A stretch of 64,000 nucleotides of DNA, from NCBI RefSeq assembly GCF_009914755.1, contig NC_060940.1; one strand, 5' to 3'. The notes beneath the pieces were generated by a model that worked only from the letters and a program-made list of their open reading frames with translations, was not told the origin of the DNA and made no database searches. The translations under genes and the position numbers were made by a program. Origin of the DNA: the human T2T-CHM13v2.0 reference genome, Homo sapiens. Shown here in pieces: positions 12,651 through 25,039 of this stretch (positions are counted from its first letter, which is position 1; the number at the start of each line of letters is the position of its first letter).

Positions 12651-13519
12651 TACGAGATTGCCCCCAGATTCAGGATTCTTTACCTATCAAAATTATTGCC
12701 TTTTTATGAATCCGAACATGTTTTATAGTGGTTATAAGATCATTCCAGGGCTCAATTATGTGTATGGCAGCAATAACCTAATAGTCAACTAAACAGAACC
12801 ATAAGGATTATCTGACAATGAGGGAGAGGTTGTGGATCTCCTGGTGATGTGTACTACACAATATTCAGCATTCTTTTTTTTTTCCAGGTATGTTTCTTGT
12901 TCTGCACCAGAAAATTAATGTTCCTATCTCTCAAATTCAAGTTTCTTCCCATGGTGCTTTACCAAGAAGTGCATTTTGAGTACAAGAAAATTATCATATT
13001 GTTACAGAATTTGGCTGGGAGAGTTCTTAGGCAGTGGACTGATAGCCCAGCTGGCAGGGAATGGCACCAGCCCTATTGGGACTGACATTGATCATGGGCA
13101 CCCTGTTAGGGCTCTATTTGGTTAACCGCCTAGAGCAATCTCTTGATTCTGCTCTTGTTACTGAACTGACAGAAGGTGAAGTTTCAATATTTAATAGTAT
13201 TAATTGTTGGCTTCATTGGCTTTCTCATTTTTGCGTATTGTATCAGAAAGTCACTACACGGGGAATATGCACCAGAGAGAAAAAGATTGTTATTTAACAA
13301 ATATTTATTTATTACCTATTACATCCCGCTATACTAGACACTGGATATAATGTAGTGAATGGGAAAGTAAGTTTTCTCTCCCCATGAATTATATACTTAA
13401 ATCAGAAATAATCATGGCAATAATAATAATTATAATAAATGTAAACACTGTTGGGTGCATGTACTAAATGTTTCGGCTCACTATAGACTCATAACATCCT
13501 GAAGGGAGATATTCTTCTT

Positions 13520-15015
13520 TTTCAAAATTTTATTTTACATATTTAATTCATACGGCATTATATTTTGATATACGTATACCTAGTTAAATGGTTACTACTG
13601 CTAAGCAAATTAATCTATCCATCACCTCACATAGTTACCTTTGTGTGTGTATATGTGCATGTGTGGTAGGCGGGGCGGGGGTGGGTAAGAACATCTAAAC
13701 TCGACTCTATTAGCAAATTTCCAGTATACAATACAAGATTATTAGCTATACTCCTCATGCCATGCATTAGATCCCTAAACTTATTGCTCCTATGCAACTG
13801 CAACTTTGCATCTATTGGCCTGTATTTCCCTATTTTCATCTCTCTCTCAACTCCTGGTAATCTCTCTTCTACTAATTTTTCCCATGTATTTGACTTAAAA
13901 AAAACCCTACATATTATAAGTAAAATAATACAGTATTCTTCTTTCAGTATTTGGCTTATTCCATTTAGAATAATGTCCTTAGGTACAATATATTTCATAA
14001 CTTCTTTATCCATTTATTTATCAACAAACACTTAGGTTGCTTTCGTACCTCAACTATTGTGAATAATACTACAATGAATATGTGAGTGCATATATCTCTA
14101 TATGGGGCTGATTTCATTTCATTTGGATATATACCGAGAAGAGAGATAGATGGGTCATATGGTAGTTCTATTTTTAGTTTTTTGAGCAACCTTCCTATTG
14201 TGTTCCAAAATGGTTGTACCAGCTTGCATTCTTACCAACAGTGTACAAGCATTCTCTCTTCTGTCCACCCTTACCAATAGTTGCTGCCTCTTATTTTTTT
14301 GAAAATAGTCATACTAACAGATGTGAAGTGATATCTTACTGGAGTTTTGATTTGTATTTCCCTGATGATTAGTGATGTTGAACACTTTTTAATATGCCTA
14401 TTGGTTATTTTTATGGTTTTATTTTTGGAAAAAATGTCTTTTCAGGTTCTTCAATATTTGAACTGGGTTACTTGATTGTTTTTAATTATTTAGTTGTATG
14501 AGTTTCCTAAATATTTTAGATACTAACTCCTTATCAAACATACAGTTGGCAAGTATTTTCTCCCTAATCTGTAGGCTGCCCTTTCATTTTGCTATTATTT
14601 CCTTTGCTGTGCAGAAACTTCTTAGTTTGACGTGGTCTCTCTTGTTTATTTTTGCTCTTGTTGCCTAAGCTTTTTTGTATGATACACAAAAAAACCATTG
14701 CCAAGGTCAACGTCAAGGAGATTTTCTCCTATGTTCTCTTCTAGGAGCTTTATGATTTCAGTTTTTATGCTTACATATTTAATCCCTTTTGAGTTAATTT
14801 TTGTGTATGGTGTAAGATCAGGGTACAATTTCATTATTTTGCCTTTGGATAGCCACTTTTCCAACACCATTGATTGAAGTGACTGTCTTTCCCCCGTTGA
14901 GAGTCTTCTTGGTGTCCTTGGGGAAAATTAACTGACCATATATGCATGGGCTATTTTTATGGGCTGTCTACTCTATTCCATTCTTCTATGTCTTTGTTTT
15001 TATGCCAGATTGGTA
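13520..15015 (-). mobile_element. L1MA (L1MA8/9-like) 3' fragment: ORF2 C-terminus plus 3' UTR
   Basis: Minus-strand peptides [21 protein letters not shown] and LTPYTKINSK...IKLLEENIGENLLD are L1 ORF2 C-terminal motifs. L1MA-type 3' UTR at 13520-13900. Confidence 0.9.
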
Positions 15016-15118
15016 TTATTTTTATCTTGATTTTACAGTGTGAATCTTGAGACAAGAAGTCACTTAACCAAGGATAAAACTAGATGGCATACTCAGGTCT
15101 GTGTTTCTAATCAGGTTC

Positions 15119-15418
15119 TTATTTATTTATTTTTACTTTTTAGAGACAGGATCTCACTCTGTCACCTAGGCTGGAATGCAGAGTGTGAACTCCTGGGCTC
15201 AATCAATCCTTCCACCTCAGCTTCCCAAGTAGCTAGAATTACAGGTGTGTGCAAGTACACCTGGGTAATTTAAAAACAATTTTTTTTTTTTAGAGATGGG
15301 GTCTCACTGTGCTGCCCAGGCTGGTCTTGAACTGCTGTCCTCAAACAATACTCAAGGGATACTTTTGCTTTAGTCTCCTGAGTTGTTGAGATTATAGGCA
15401 AGAGCCACCATAGCAGGC
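15119..15418 (-). mobile_element. AluJ-type element
   Basis: Antisense Alu. Exact 13-bp TSD tctaatcaggttc at 15106-15118 and 15419-15431. Confidence 0.92.
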
Positions 15419-15449
15419 TCTAATCAGGTTCCAATCTGTTTTGAAGTAT

Positions 15450-15650
15450 AATCTGGATTTCAAAGACTTCATCGCTCCCCAGCTGCATGACCTCACACAA
15501 GTTGCTAAGTTGTCCAAATATCAAATTCTTCATTCGTAAAACAGGATTAAAACATCTACCTTGCAGTATTGCAGTAAAGTCATAAGAATTAAATTGAATT
15601 AAAAAAAATGTTCCTAGCTTAAAATCTGGCTAGCAATTCACAAATGCCTG
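15450..15650 (+). mobile_element. MIR fragment
   Basis: agctgcatgacct...ttcttcattcgtaaaacagga...ctaccttgcag matches the MIR core pattern. Confidence 0.55.
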
Positions 15651-16011
15651 TTCTTTTTCTGAAGCTCACCCACAGCCTACTTTTTCTGGCTTTCTCTGTA
15701 AGACTGGCAAGTGGTAACTTACTGAAGCACACAGTTATCAGATCTGAAATAGGAAAATCATGGGGCTTACACATGATTGAGCCACTGATAGCTTTCTGTC
15801 ATGTAGAAGATTTCATTCAGTAAGGGAGCTGACCACAGACAGAGAGTAGAAGCCACAGCGTATCAAGAGTTTAGATGAGAGCTGTCCCAAATCAGTGTCC
15901 CTTTAGAAGCAAAGCTTATTGAACACTAAATATTCCATTGAATCTAAATATACCAACAGGAAACAAGGAACTTCTTTCAACCACATGAACTCTGATTTCC
16001 AGCATTGTTTC

Positions 16012-16619
16012 TGATATAGGAGTTAAGAAGAAATCACTTAGGCAGATAGTAAGGGTATGGGAGTCCTCAGTAAGGCTGTTCTTTTTAATGAAAAGCAGCC
16101 CTAAATCATTTTCCAACAAAGAGCAGACTGTAAAGTCGAGCTGCAGACACAGACAAGCAAGCTGGGAACTTGCATGGGTGAATACTGGCAGGAACTAGGG
16201 GCTAGACATGTTCAAGATGGCGGCTCCGTCTTCCCTTCTCTGTCAGCCACATGTGCTATAAGGAACAGACAAGATGGAGCAGATCAACTGGAAAGGCCAT
16301 TTGCATAATAAGATTAGAGTGGGGCTACCACCCTTCCCTGCATGCTATGTAAATGCCATACAATCTGGGAGCCCTATGTAAATCAGACACCGCCTCCTCA
16401 AACTGGACTGTAAAATCTGGCACATTTGCTGCCAGCCATCCCTTTCAGTTTGGAGAGTCCTCTCTCTATAAAGAGAGCTGTTTCTCTTTCTCTTTCTCTT
16501 CTCTTCTGCCTATTAAACCTCCACTCCTAAACTCCTCATGTGTGTGTCCGTGTCCTAAATTTTCCCAGCTTGTGACAACAAACCCCAGGGTATATACCCC
16601 AGACAACGTGGCCACTTCA
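16012..16619 (+). mobile_element. LTR9-family ERV1 solo LTR (LTR9/LTR9B-like)
   Basis: Starts tgatataggagttaagaagaaatcacttaggcagatagt and ends ccagacaacgtggccacttca. Exact 4-bp TSD tttc at 16008-16011 and 16620-16623. Confidence 0.88.
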
Positions 16620-16779
16620 TTTCCACAGGAAAATAAGATGAATTCTTTCTTGACAGGTTGGGAATTCCTTTTAATCTGGCAGTAATGAGATCCTTAGTAG
16701 TGATATCTAGACACAGACATATTTGTATGAACAAATCTCTGTTCTTTAGGCCTAGTTTGATTCAGTAGTTCTCAGGTAT

Positions 16780-18149
16780 TAAAACCACCTTTGCAAAAAT
16801 TAGAACAGTGAGAAATTTATGCCAGTGAAAGAGATCTTATCTAACCAACCCCCATCTTGCTTTTAACCTCCAAAGTACCCTTAATCATTCCTAGGTTTGA
16901 AACTGCCTTTGCAAAATTATAACTAAGGAAATTATGACATTGAAAGATATCAGACTTAACCCAAATCCATCTTGCTTCTAACCTCCAAACTGTCCTTGTC
17001 CATTCCTGGGCATAGGCTGAACTAGCCTTGGGAAGGAATTTAGTTTATACTTTAAATAACAGCCCTTCTCAAAAGCTAAGCTGTTCTTGTAAAATGAATG
17101 AAAGGCTACCAGCCACCAAGTTAGGAAGAAAGAGGCTAGAATTCTAAATATTACCAGCCATGACTCCAGATATAATAAGATTTGCAACTTCCCCAATTAC
17201 TTTTGAGGATAGAATCAAGAGTAACTATTGAGAACCTAAGATTGAGCTGTCTTTCCAGGTTTTTGCATTTCTGACAATTGTATGGCCCCACCTGGACCTG
17301 CCAACCAGTTCTGTGGCCCCACACCCAGGAACTGAACTGACTCAGCATAAGAGGACAGTTTCCACTCTCTATGATTTCATCCCTGAGCCAATCAATTAGC
17401 ACTCCCGACTAACTGGCCCCCTACCCACCAAATTATCCTTAAAAACTCTGATACCCGAGTTTTTGGGGAGACAGATTTGAGTAATAATAAAACTCCAGTC
17501 TCCTGCACAGCTGGCTCTGTGTGAGTTACACTTTCTCTACTGCAATTCCCTGTCTTGATAAATAGGCTCTGTCTAGGCAGTGGGCAAGGTGAACCCATTG
17601 GGTGGTTACAGGCTTAGGCCAAACTAACTTTGGGAGACATTTAGCTTATAGTTTAAATGATAATAGCCCTTCCCCAAAACTAAGCTGCCTTTGTAGGTCT
17701 ACTGAAAGACCACCAGGTTAGGAGGATGAGGAGCCTGGATTCTGCTAAGGTGTAGACATGAATTATTACCTGCCTTTATTCTGGAGTTCACAAGATTTGC
17801 AAATCCCTAATTACTCCTGCAGATATCATCACTATTGTAGAACTTATGATTGGCCTTTTGAGATGTCTTTTCAGGTTTTTGAATTTCTGATGACAAATGG
17901 CTCCACCAAGACCAGCCAACTTGTCCTATGGCCTAAGGCAGAAGTGGACTCCTTGGCTCACCAAACTATCCCTAAACAATCCTAGCCTCCAAAGTTTTGA
18001 GGAGATTGATTTGAGTAATAACTTCACCATCTTCCACATGACATGGTTGGCCTCATGTCAATTAAACCCTTTCTTTATTGCAATGTCATCATCTTAGTAA
18101 ATTTGTTTTGTCTGTGCAGTGGGATGAAATAACCCATCAGGTAGCTATA
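16780..18149 (+). mobile_element. LTR8A-like solo LTR (outer element, split by an LTR8)
   Basis: The 5' part taaaaccacctttgcaaaaat...cattcctaggtt resumes at 17611 (ggcttaggccaaactaactttgggag) and ends aacccatcaggtagctata. Approximate TSD gtat/atat. Confidence 0.8.
16898..17610 (+). mobile_element. LTR8-like solo LTR nested in LTR8A
   Basis: Starts tgaaactgcctttgcaaaattat and ends gaacccattgggtggttaca. TSD ggtt/ggct. Confidence 0.85.
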
Positions 18150-18333
18150 ATATTATTCTCAATTGTTGTTTGCTTCTTTTCTTTCTGTCTTTTTTCTTTT
18201 TTTTTTAAGTGTAGGGCCAGAAAGATGTGATACTTTTCTTCATTTATCAGAAGCATCATGGCTGATACTCTTATAACAAAAGACAGGTTACCAAGAGATA
18301 AGCGTATCAAATCTATTTAATAAAAGTTTTACA

Positions 18334-18480
18334 GCAGGGAATGGTGGTTCATGTGTGTAATCTCAACACTTTGGGAAGCTGAGGTGGGAGGATGACTTGA
18401 GCTCAGGAGTTCTGCACCAGACTGGGCAACAAAGCGAGACCCCATCTCTATATGAATAAATAAATAAGTAAATAACCAAC
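18334..18480 (+). mobile_element. Alu left monomer (FLAM-like)
   Basis: Single Alu arm ending in a (taaa)n tail, inside the MER31-like LTR. Confidence 0.8.
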
Positions 18481-18728
18481 AAAAAATCCATAGAATTTTA
18501 AATGACTCAGGAGCCTTCTGAAATGAAAACTCAAAGGCCCAGAGAAACTATTCATGTTTATGCTTAGATTCAATGAACGGTGGACACCCATGAAGAAATG
18601 TGATTGGGACAATATAATGGTAATAGACTGAGGGGGAAATCCAACAAGGCCTGTTCAGATTCTTCTCAGCTTCTCTGTGTAACATGCCCTCCTCTAAGGT
18701 ATAGGGCAGGGCACTTCTAGAATGAAGG

Positions 18729-19228
18729 TGTTAGAAACAAATGCTTGGTGTCGTAAAGAAAATGAGCACTTAAACAAAGGATTTCTCAGCAAGGCAAATT
18801 TACTTCTGCAGAAGGGTGCTTCTCACAGGTCTGGTCACCACGAGAGCACACCAAACAAAGGAGGAAAGGGGTTTTTAATGCCTAATGTAGCTTGTCCCTG
18901 TTACTGTGTCCTGCCTCCACTGGCTGGAGTTGGACCGCACAATCTAAGCTGAACCTGATTGGCTAACTTGAATGGTACAGGAGTGTGGTCATACTGGCAG
19001 GAAGGGCAGTTTTGGCAGGAAAAGCCATTGTGATGAGAGGGGTAATTTACAGAGTGGGTAGCAGATGTGGGCTCTGTAGATAAGGACTGGCAGGAAAGTT
19101 GTTTACTGAAACTAAAACAGGGAGGCACAAAGGATAAGGAAGTTAGTTTGGCTTTGGAAGTAGGGAACAAAGAACAAGGACACTGAACAAGCTAAATCTT
19201 TGAAGAGGAACTTCTTTTGTATCTGACA
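18729..19228 (-). mobile_element. LTR10-family (HERV-I) solo LTR nested in the MER31-like LTR
   Basis: Plus strand tgttagaaacaaatgc...ctcagcaaggcaaatttacttctgcagaagggtg is the reversed LTR10 3' end. Ends atctgaca. Exact TSD aagg at 18725-18728 and 19229-19232. Confidence 0.8.
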
Positions 19229-19889
19229 AAGGTCTTCAAGGAAGAAGGGAGAGAGTGACCTTTCTAGGTTTTATGGTTGATGCTGGTGGAGAGGAGTTCT
19301 AGTTTCTAAGATTTACCTTGAGGAAGAAGAACTGTAGTTTCTGTGGCTTGCAGACAAGGTAGGTCAGAGAATTTCTTTATTACTAGTATCTATGACCCAC
19401 TTCAGGGGAGAAAGAGTGGATGAAGACAGAAGTAGGAGAAGGTCAAAGAGAAGCTTTGCCTCTGAAGCTACTTCTGAGGCCTTTTAATTTCCTTTAATTA
19501 CAGGTACTCAGCACAGCAAAATGCCAAGCTTTGGGTTATCAGTTTCTGAGCCCCAAAAGAAACAAGTTCCCACATAATACTCTTATGATTTGTGTGGAGA
19601 CATTTTTTGAGAAATACAGAAATAAACATTTAGGAGAAAATACACTATTATTTATTCATAAATAAGATTAAGAGTGTTTGAAATGTAGTCTTGCCTCCTG
19701 AGGTAACACTTAAAGTCCTCCTTACGCACCTATAATTTAGAGTATAGGGAGGAATCTGATAGTGAGTTTAGAAAAAGTGAGAAAAAGTTTAAATTTAAGA
19801 CTCAGGAAAGAAATTCAAGAAAGAAAAGGCTGAGGGTGGATGGTTAGCAGGGGTTAGAGAATTAACACTTATTTAGCAGTAAACCCTTT

Positions 19890-20035
19890 TTTTCTCACTT
19901 AATTTTCACAGCAAAGCAAAGCTGATAAGCATCATTAGCATCCATTTTAAATTTAAGCAAACGGAACTCCAAGAGGTTAAGAAACTTGCTCCAAGTGACA
20001 CAGCTGGTGAGCATGTAGCAAGTTAAGATTTGACT
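19890..20035 (-). mobile_element. MIR fragment
   Basis: ccattttaa...gaggttaagaaacttgctccaagtgacacagctggtgag. Confidence 0.6.
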
Positions 20036-23000
20036 GAATCTTAGTAAATGTATAATTTTGCACTGGGACTGGTACTGTTTACATATTCTCTACCCTTGGC
20101 TTACTACATTGTATCTCAAACTCTTTAAATATTAATTCACTTAGAAAACCAAACATAATGTCTTTTACTCAGTAGACAATCAACAACCATGAGTTATAGT
20201 AATGTTTCTGAATGTGGTTGAATAGAATCCTACTTCGTCATTCATCTTTAACCTTAGAAAGACTCAGTACTTCCGTTTTAACAATTTATATACTCGAGCA
20301 CAAAAGACTTTATATGGAGCAGGAAGAGGGAGGTAAGTTGGAAAGATGGGAGGGAGAGAAAGAGGGGAAAAAAGAAAGGTTGAAAATCGGAAAATTTTAG
20401 CCTAATGTTTTCTAGGCCTAGGCAGATAATTATAGAATTTAAGGTCAAATTCAAAATTATCCTACTGTTTTGCTGAAATGATCAAATAGAAATGGAGCAG
20501 GGTTTGTGATGATGCGATGATGTTTGTATTTATTTGAATACTTGCACTGTGACAATAACAGGCCAAAAAAAAAAAAAAAAGAGGCAAATAAGTAAGGTAC
20601 TGAGTTGTTACCAAACAAAATGTATTTGTAAATTATATTTCTAAATATAATGTACTTTCTGCAATTTGACATTAGCTTGTTATCATGGGTTACTTAGTGG
20701 CATTTATAATGCTATTTATTTTTATCTTTTTCCTTCTCTCCTGCCTTTCACTCTTCCTTTCTTTTATTTCTTTATCTTCCTTTTTTAAAGTTTTTTTTTC
20801 TTTCTTTCTGAAAAACTCCATCCATGTCAGTTTCCCTTTTACCTGTTTACGTTTCACATTTGTATTTGTCCAAAAAGTGCAAAAATTCTTGGCACGAGTG
20901 CCAGACCAACTGATTTATTTGAATAACCTGTCCAAACTCAGTGGCCTACTGATTGCGTGAATGTATGCATGTCAGTTAACTACTTGAAATTAAATTAATC
21001 TATAACTCTCGTGAGTAGAGACTGTATTCTCATGAGAGACTGGAGATTCAAATACAGAATTATGTTTAAAGATATCCGATCAATTTAGACAATTTTCAAG
21101 GACAAAAAATATATAATTATATCAAATGAACACACTAACTTTACAATAAATTTTAAGTGTAAAGATATTTAAACGTAAAGGTTTTTCACTTCAAGATTTG
21201 AAAAGGTTAAAATTGAACCGAGAGTTGTTGCGAAATAGCTATTATTTTTAATCATAAATCTTACTAGGTCTTTTATAAACACTATTACTTATTGGATATT
21301 TAGTGATAGGCATGTACTAAGATATTAAAGAGTTATGGCATTTAATTCTCAAAAAATATAAAGTATAAATAATACTATATCAAGTTTTACTAAGTGGCAG
21401 ATCTGGATTTGTAGCAAAATGTGACTAGCGTCAAGATCAATGATTTTTACTATAATGTTAAAAAGAAATCAACACAAAAGGTGACTACTAAATAGCTAGG
21501 ATCTCTCTCAGGGCCTTGGAAGTGCTCATGCTAAGGAAGGATTCTAAGGCATAATTTCGTGGTTAACCTCATTTTGTTGCTAAAATGGTAAATAGAGTGA
21601 TGCATTGTGAACTAAATCTAACTCTTGAATGGGATTAAACTCCAAGCTCTAACTTAAGATAAACATTTAGTTCTGCAGGGGAGGTTCGGAGACATGCTGC
21701 TATTGACTTTTATGGTGCCAATGGCTGCCATAGAGTTGGGGTCATCAGGGTTGAGTAGAATATAATTTATAATGCAAAACACAGCAAAAACAATCAGAAG
21801 CAGACCAGCTCTCACCAGCCTGCTCTGTGTGACATGAGAACATGTGGAGGAATGAAGTGTTTGTAATTATGAATAGCAGCTATATTACCATAACTACATT
21901 ATTCATGGCTTCAAATGAAAATGCTGTCTTGAAATTTCATGCCACTGAATTTTTTATTTTTAACAATAATAATTTCTCTCACTCATTGTTTAACAGCTCA
22001 ACAAAGCTTCAGAATATCAGAGGGGGTCAAGTTCCTCATGTTTGATTTCTAAATGTGACTCATGGGTTTGGCCATAAACAACAGGTATAATGAAAAGAGC
22101 CTTTGGAGAGGGAATCCAGGCAGAGTGGGAGGGACTATCAGGCAATTAGTATCTCCAGTCCACTGAAGAGTGAGGAAATGGGCCACTGATTGCTGTTCTC
22201 AAGTGCTCTCTCACCCTTAGGTGTCAGGGTAACAACAGGTCAGCAGAAATTCTGTCTGTCAACAAGATTTTACCTCATTGTCTAGACGATAGTTTCAACT
22301 TCTTGCCTTTAGAAGAACATAGGAAAAGCAGTCCCTGAAAGGCCTTGATTTTTCAACCAGAACAAAAAGAAACACACACATACATGCACACACCTCAAGT
22401 AAAAAGAAAAAAAATAGAAAAAAAAACACAAAAAACAGGAAAGCAATACCCCCACCCTTTCTGGAGTTTAATATGTAGAAAACAATTTACATGCACTACT
22501 TCATTTTATTTTAAACATTATCATGGAACATATGAGGCAGGTAGTTTTATACCCATGATAAATGAAGGATTCACAGAGTTTGCAGAGTTGCCCAAGGCCA
22601 ATGATATAAGTGACAGAGCTAATATTCAGTCCCAAGCAAAAAGGCAGGAGCTCTTTACTTAGGCTTTATAAGACCTTCTGAAAAGTCAAGAGTATTACTA
22701 ATAAATTCTCTGGTGGAGGTGAGTCTTTCTTGTACTAGCTGTGCAACTAGAAGTTACTTTATCTGTGTAAATCTTATCTACCAAACAAATAGACATAAGC
22801 TAACATTAACCTTGTAGGAGTGTTGGTTGGATTAAATAAAATAATCATAGTAAAACACTTCTTTTAGGATGCAGCACAGAGAAAATGCTCAATAAGTCAT
22901 TGTTTATGACCCCAAAGATGATGAAAGATGATATAGATAGGTAGATGTATATGCAGATATAGATATACACAGACACATGTGTATACACGTTTACACACAT

Positions 23001-23244
23001 ACATATGTATGTGTATTGATTTACATATGTTTTATTTTGAAGAATCTCAACCACATTCAAGAATGAAAACAATAGTATAATGAACTCCCATTCACTACTA
23101 TCCAACTTCAATAGCTTCTCAACTCTTTGCCAATTATGTTTATTTACACTACCAACTCCTCTCACCACTGAATTATTTTGAAGCCAATTCCAGATATCAT
23201 ACACTTTCCTTCTTAAATATTTTAGTATTTCTGAACGACGAGTC

Positions 23245-23552
23245 TTTTTTCTTCTTTTTTTTCTGTTTTTGAGACGGAGTCACCCTCTGTAGCCCAGGCT
23301 GGGGTAGAATGGCACAATCACAGCTCTCTGCATCCTTGGCCTTCTGAGCAGAGGTGATTCTCCCATCTCAATCTCCCGACTAGCTGGGACTACAGCCGTG
23401 CACCACCACGCCGGGCTAATTTTTGTACTTTTTGTAGAGACATGGTTTCACCATGTGGCCCAGGCTGGTCTCAAACTCCTGACCTCAAGTGATCCACTCG
23501 CCTTGGCCTCCCAATGTGCTGGGATCACAGGCATCAGCCACCGTACCTGGCC
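23245..23552 (-). mobile_element. Alu (AluJ/S-type)
   Basis: Antisense Alu. Left TSD aacgacgagtc at 23234-23244. The right TSD is split by MER52. Confidence 0.93.
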
Positions 23553-23560
23553 AACAATGA

Positions 23561-25039
23561 TGATGGTGGTGATGCCAGTCTTGAGCAGCTGCTGCAAAGA
23601 TGCCAGCTGAAGTAGGGGAGGTGAGGCCAGGGCTGAGCGCTCTGTGGAGCCAGCAGGGGCTGGGAACAGGCAGGAGCTCCACCCCCTACCAAGTAGGTGG
23701 GCAGGAGCCCCATGCTCCCAGGCGCAGCTGCAGTCATCCAGCCACAGCTCCAGGCCTGGGTATCCCTGCACTTTCATGGGCCAGGGAAATCCCTCCACCC
23801 CTGTTAAGCTCGGAAATGCCTGCTCCTGTTCTCTGGCCTCTGTCTGCTCCCAGCACCTGCTCTGGTTGAGCAGAGTTGTAGTGAGCCTGGGTGCTGTTGC
23901 AACCTGGCCAGGTGTGTGTGTGCTCTGGATAGCACTGACACGCCAGACTGCTGCTGCCTCTGCCCCTCCGGATATTGGGTGCCAACAAGCACTGGAGGGA
24001 GACTGAGGAGGGTCTGAGGGTGGCTCGGCACAGGCCTGCAGGTACCCCTCCTCATGAACAGGCTGGGTGCCATGGACAGCATGTCAATGGCAGCAGAAGG
24101 CAGACAGGCTCCTGGGTGGGAAGGGGTGGGTCTCACAGGTGAAGCCCCATCTTCAAGCCAAAGAGGGCCTGAAACCTGGGGACTGGACTCTCAGTTCTTG
24201 GTGGAATCCACCACCCTGAGTGAGAACTTATGGTGCTTTTTCCAGGCCCACCCGCAGAAGGGAGCTACCCACTGTGAGTCTCTTCTCCACTGAGAGCTGG
24301 ACACTCATTAGGACGACCTGCCTTTGGAAAGAACCACCCACTTTGGGTCTCCCGAGAACTGTTCTGTCACTCAATAAATCTCTCCACCTTGTTCATCCTC
24401 TAGTTGTTCATATGCCTCATTCTTCCTGGGTGTGGGACAAGAATTTGGGACCCACCGAATGGCAGGACTGAAAGAGCAGCAACACACAGGGCTGAAATAC
24501 CATTGTCTTTCCCCTCTGCCTACACCACTTACCACATTGTGAGAGATGAGAAGGAGAGAAAAGCGGCAGCCTTTGGGAAGCTCAGTCCTAGGGGCTCCCT
24601 AAGACAGGGCCGTGACACCTTCTTTGGGGCTCTGCAGTTCCAGGCTTCTCCAAGCTTCTGGGTGCCACTGCATTCCCCTCGTCCAGATGTGGGTGCCTGC
24701 AGCAGAAGCTGCTTGTGGTACATCTGATCCAGCTACAGCCTTTCATGGAGCCGGTGCCTGTGCTGGCTCCTGGAGCTGTCTGCCCTGTGACAGCAGCTGG
24801 CATACCTGGCTATGTGCAGTGACTGGACATGCTCACTGTGCTCCACCCTTGGCTTGCCCTTGGCAGGTGTGGGATCTAGGCCAGTAGTGCAAGCCAAGTG
24901 CAGTGGGCTAGGCTGAGTGGGTGGAACAAGCTGAGTGGGCGGAATGAGCCGAGCAGGCCTGAGTAAAAACTTGGGCAAAAGCACCACTGGCCACAGAGGT
25001 TTCCAGCTGGAAGAGGGACAGCCAAAGGATCCCATGACA
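23561..25039 (+). mobile_element. MER52-family ERV1 solo LTR (GC-rich)
   Basis: Starts tgatggtggtgatgccagtcttgagcagctgctgc, has AATAAA at ~24373, and ends ccactggccacagaggtttccagctgg...ggatcccatgaca. TSD atga/atca. Confidence 0.85.

Larger units (their letters stand above)
18210..19558 (-). mobile_element. MER31/MER67-like ERV1 (MER4-group) solo LTR, split by an Alu monomer and an LTR10
   Basis: The reverse complement starts ttttggggctcagaaactgataacccaaag...gctgagtac...ggcctcagaag and ends ...ctttctggccctaca. Confidence 0.7.

Noticed and set aside
13627-14870. ORFs with L1 ORF2-like peptides as genes
   Set aside because: Fragments of a decayed, 5'-truncated L1MA.
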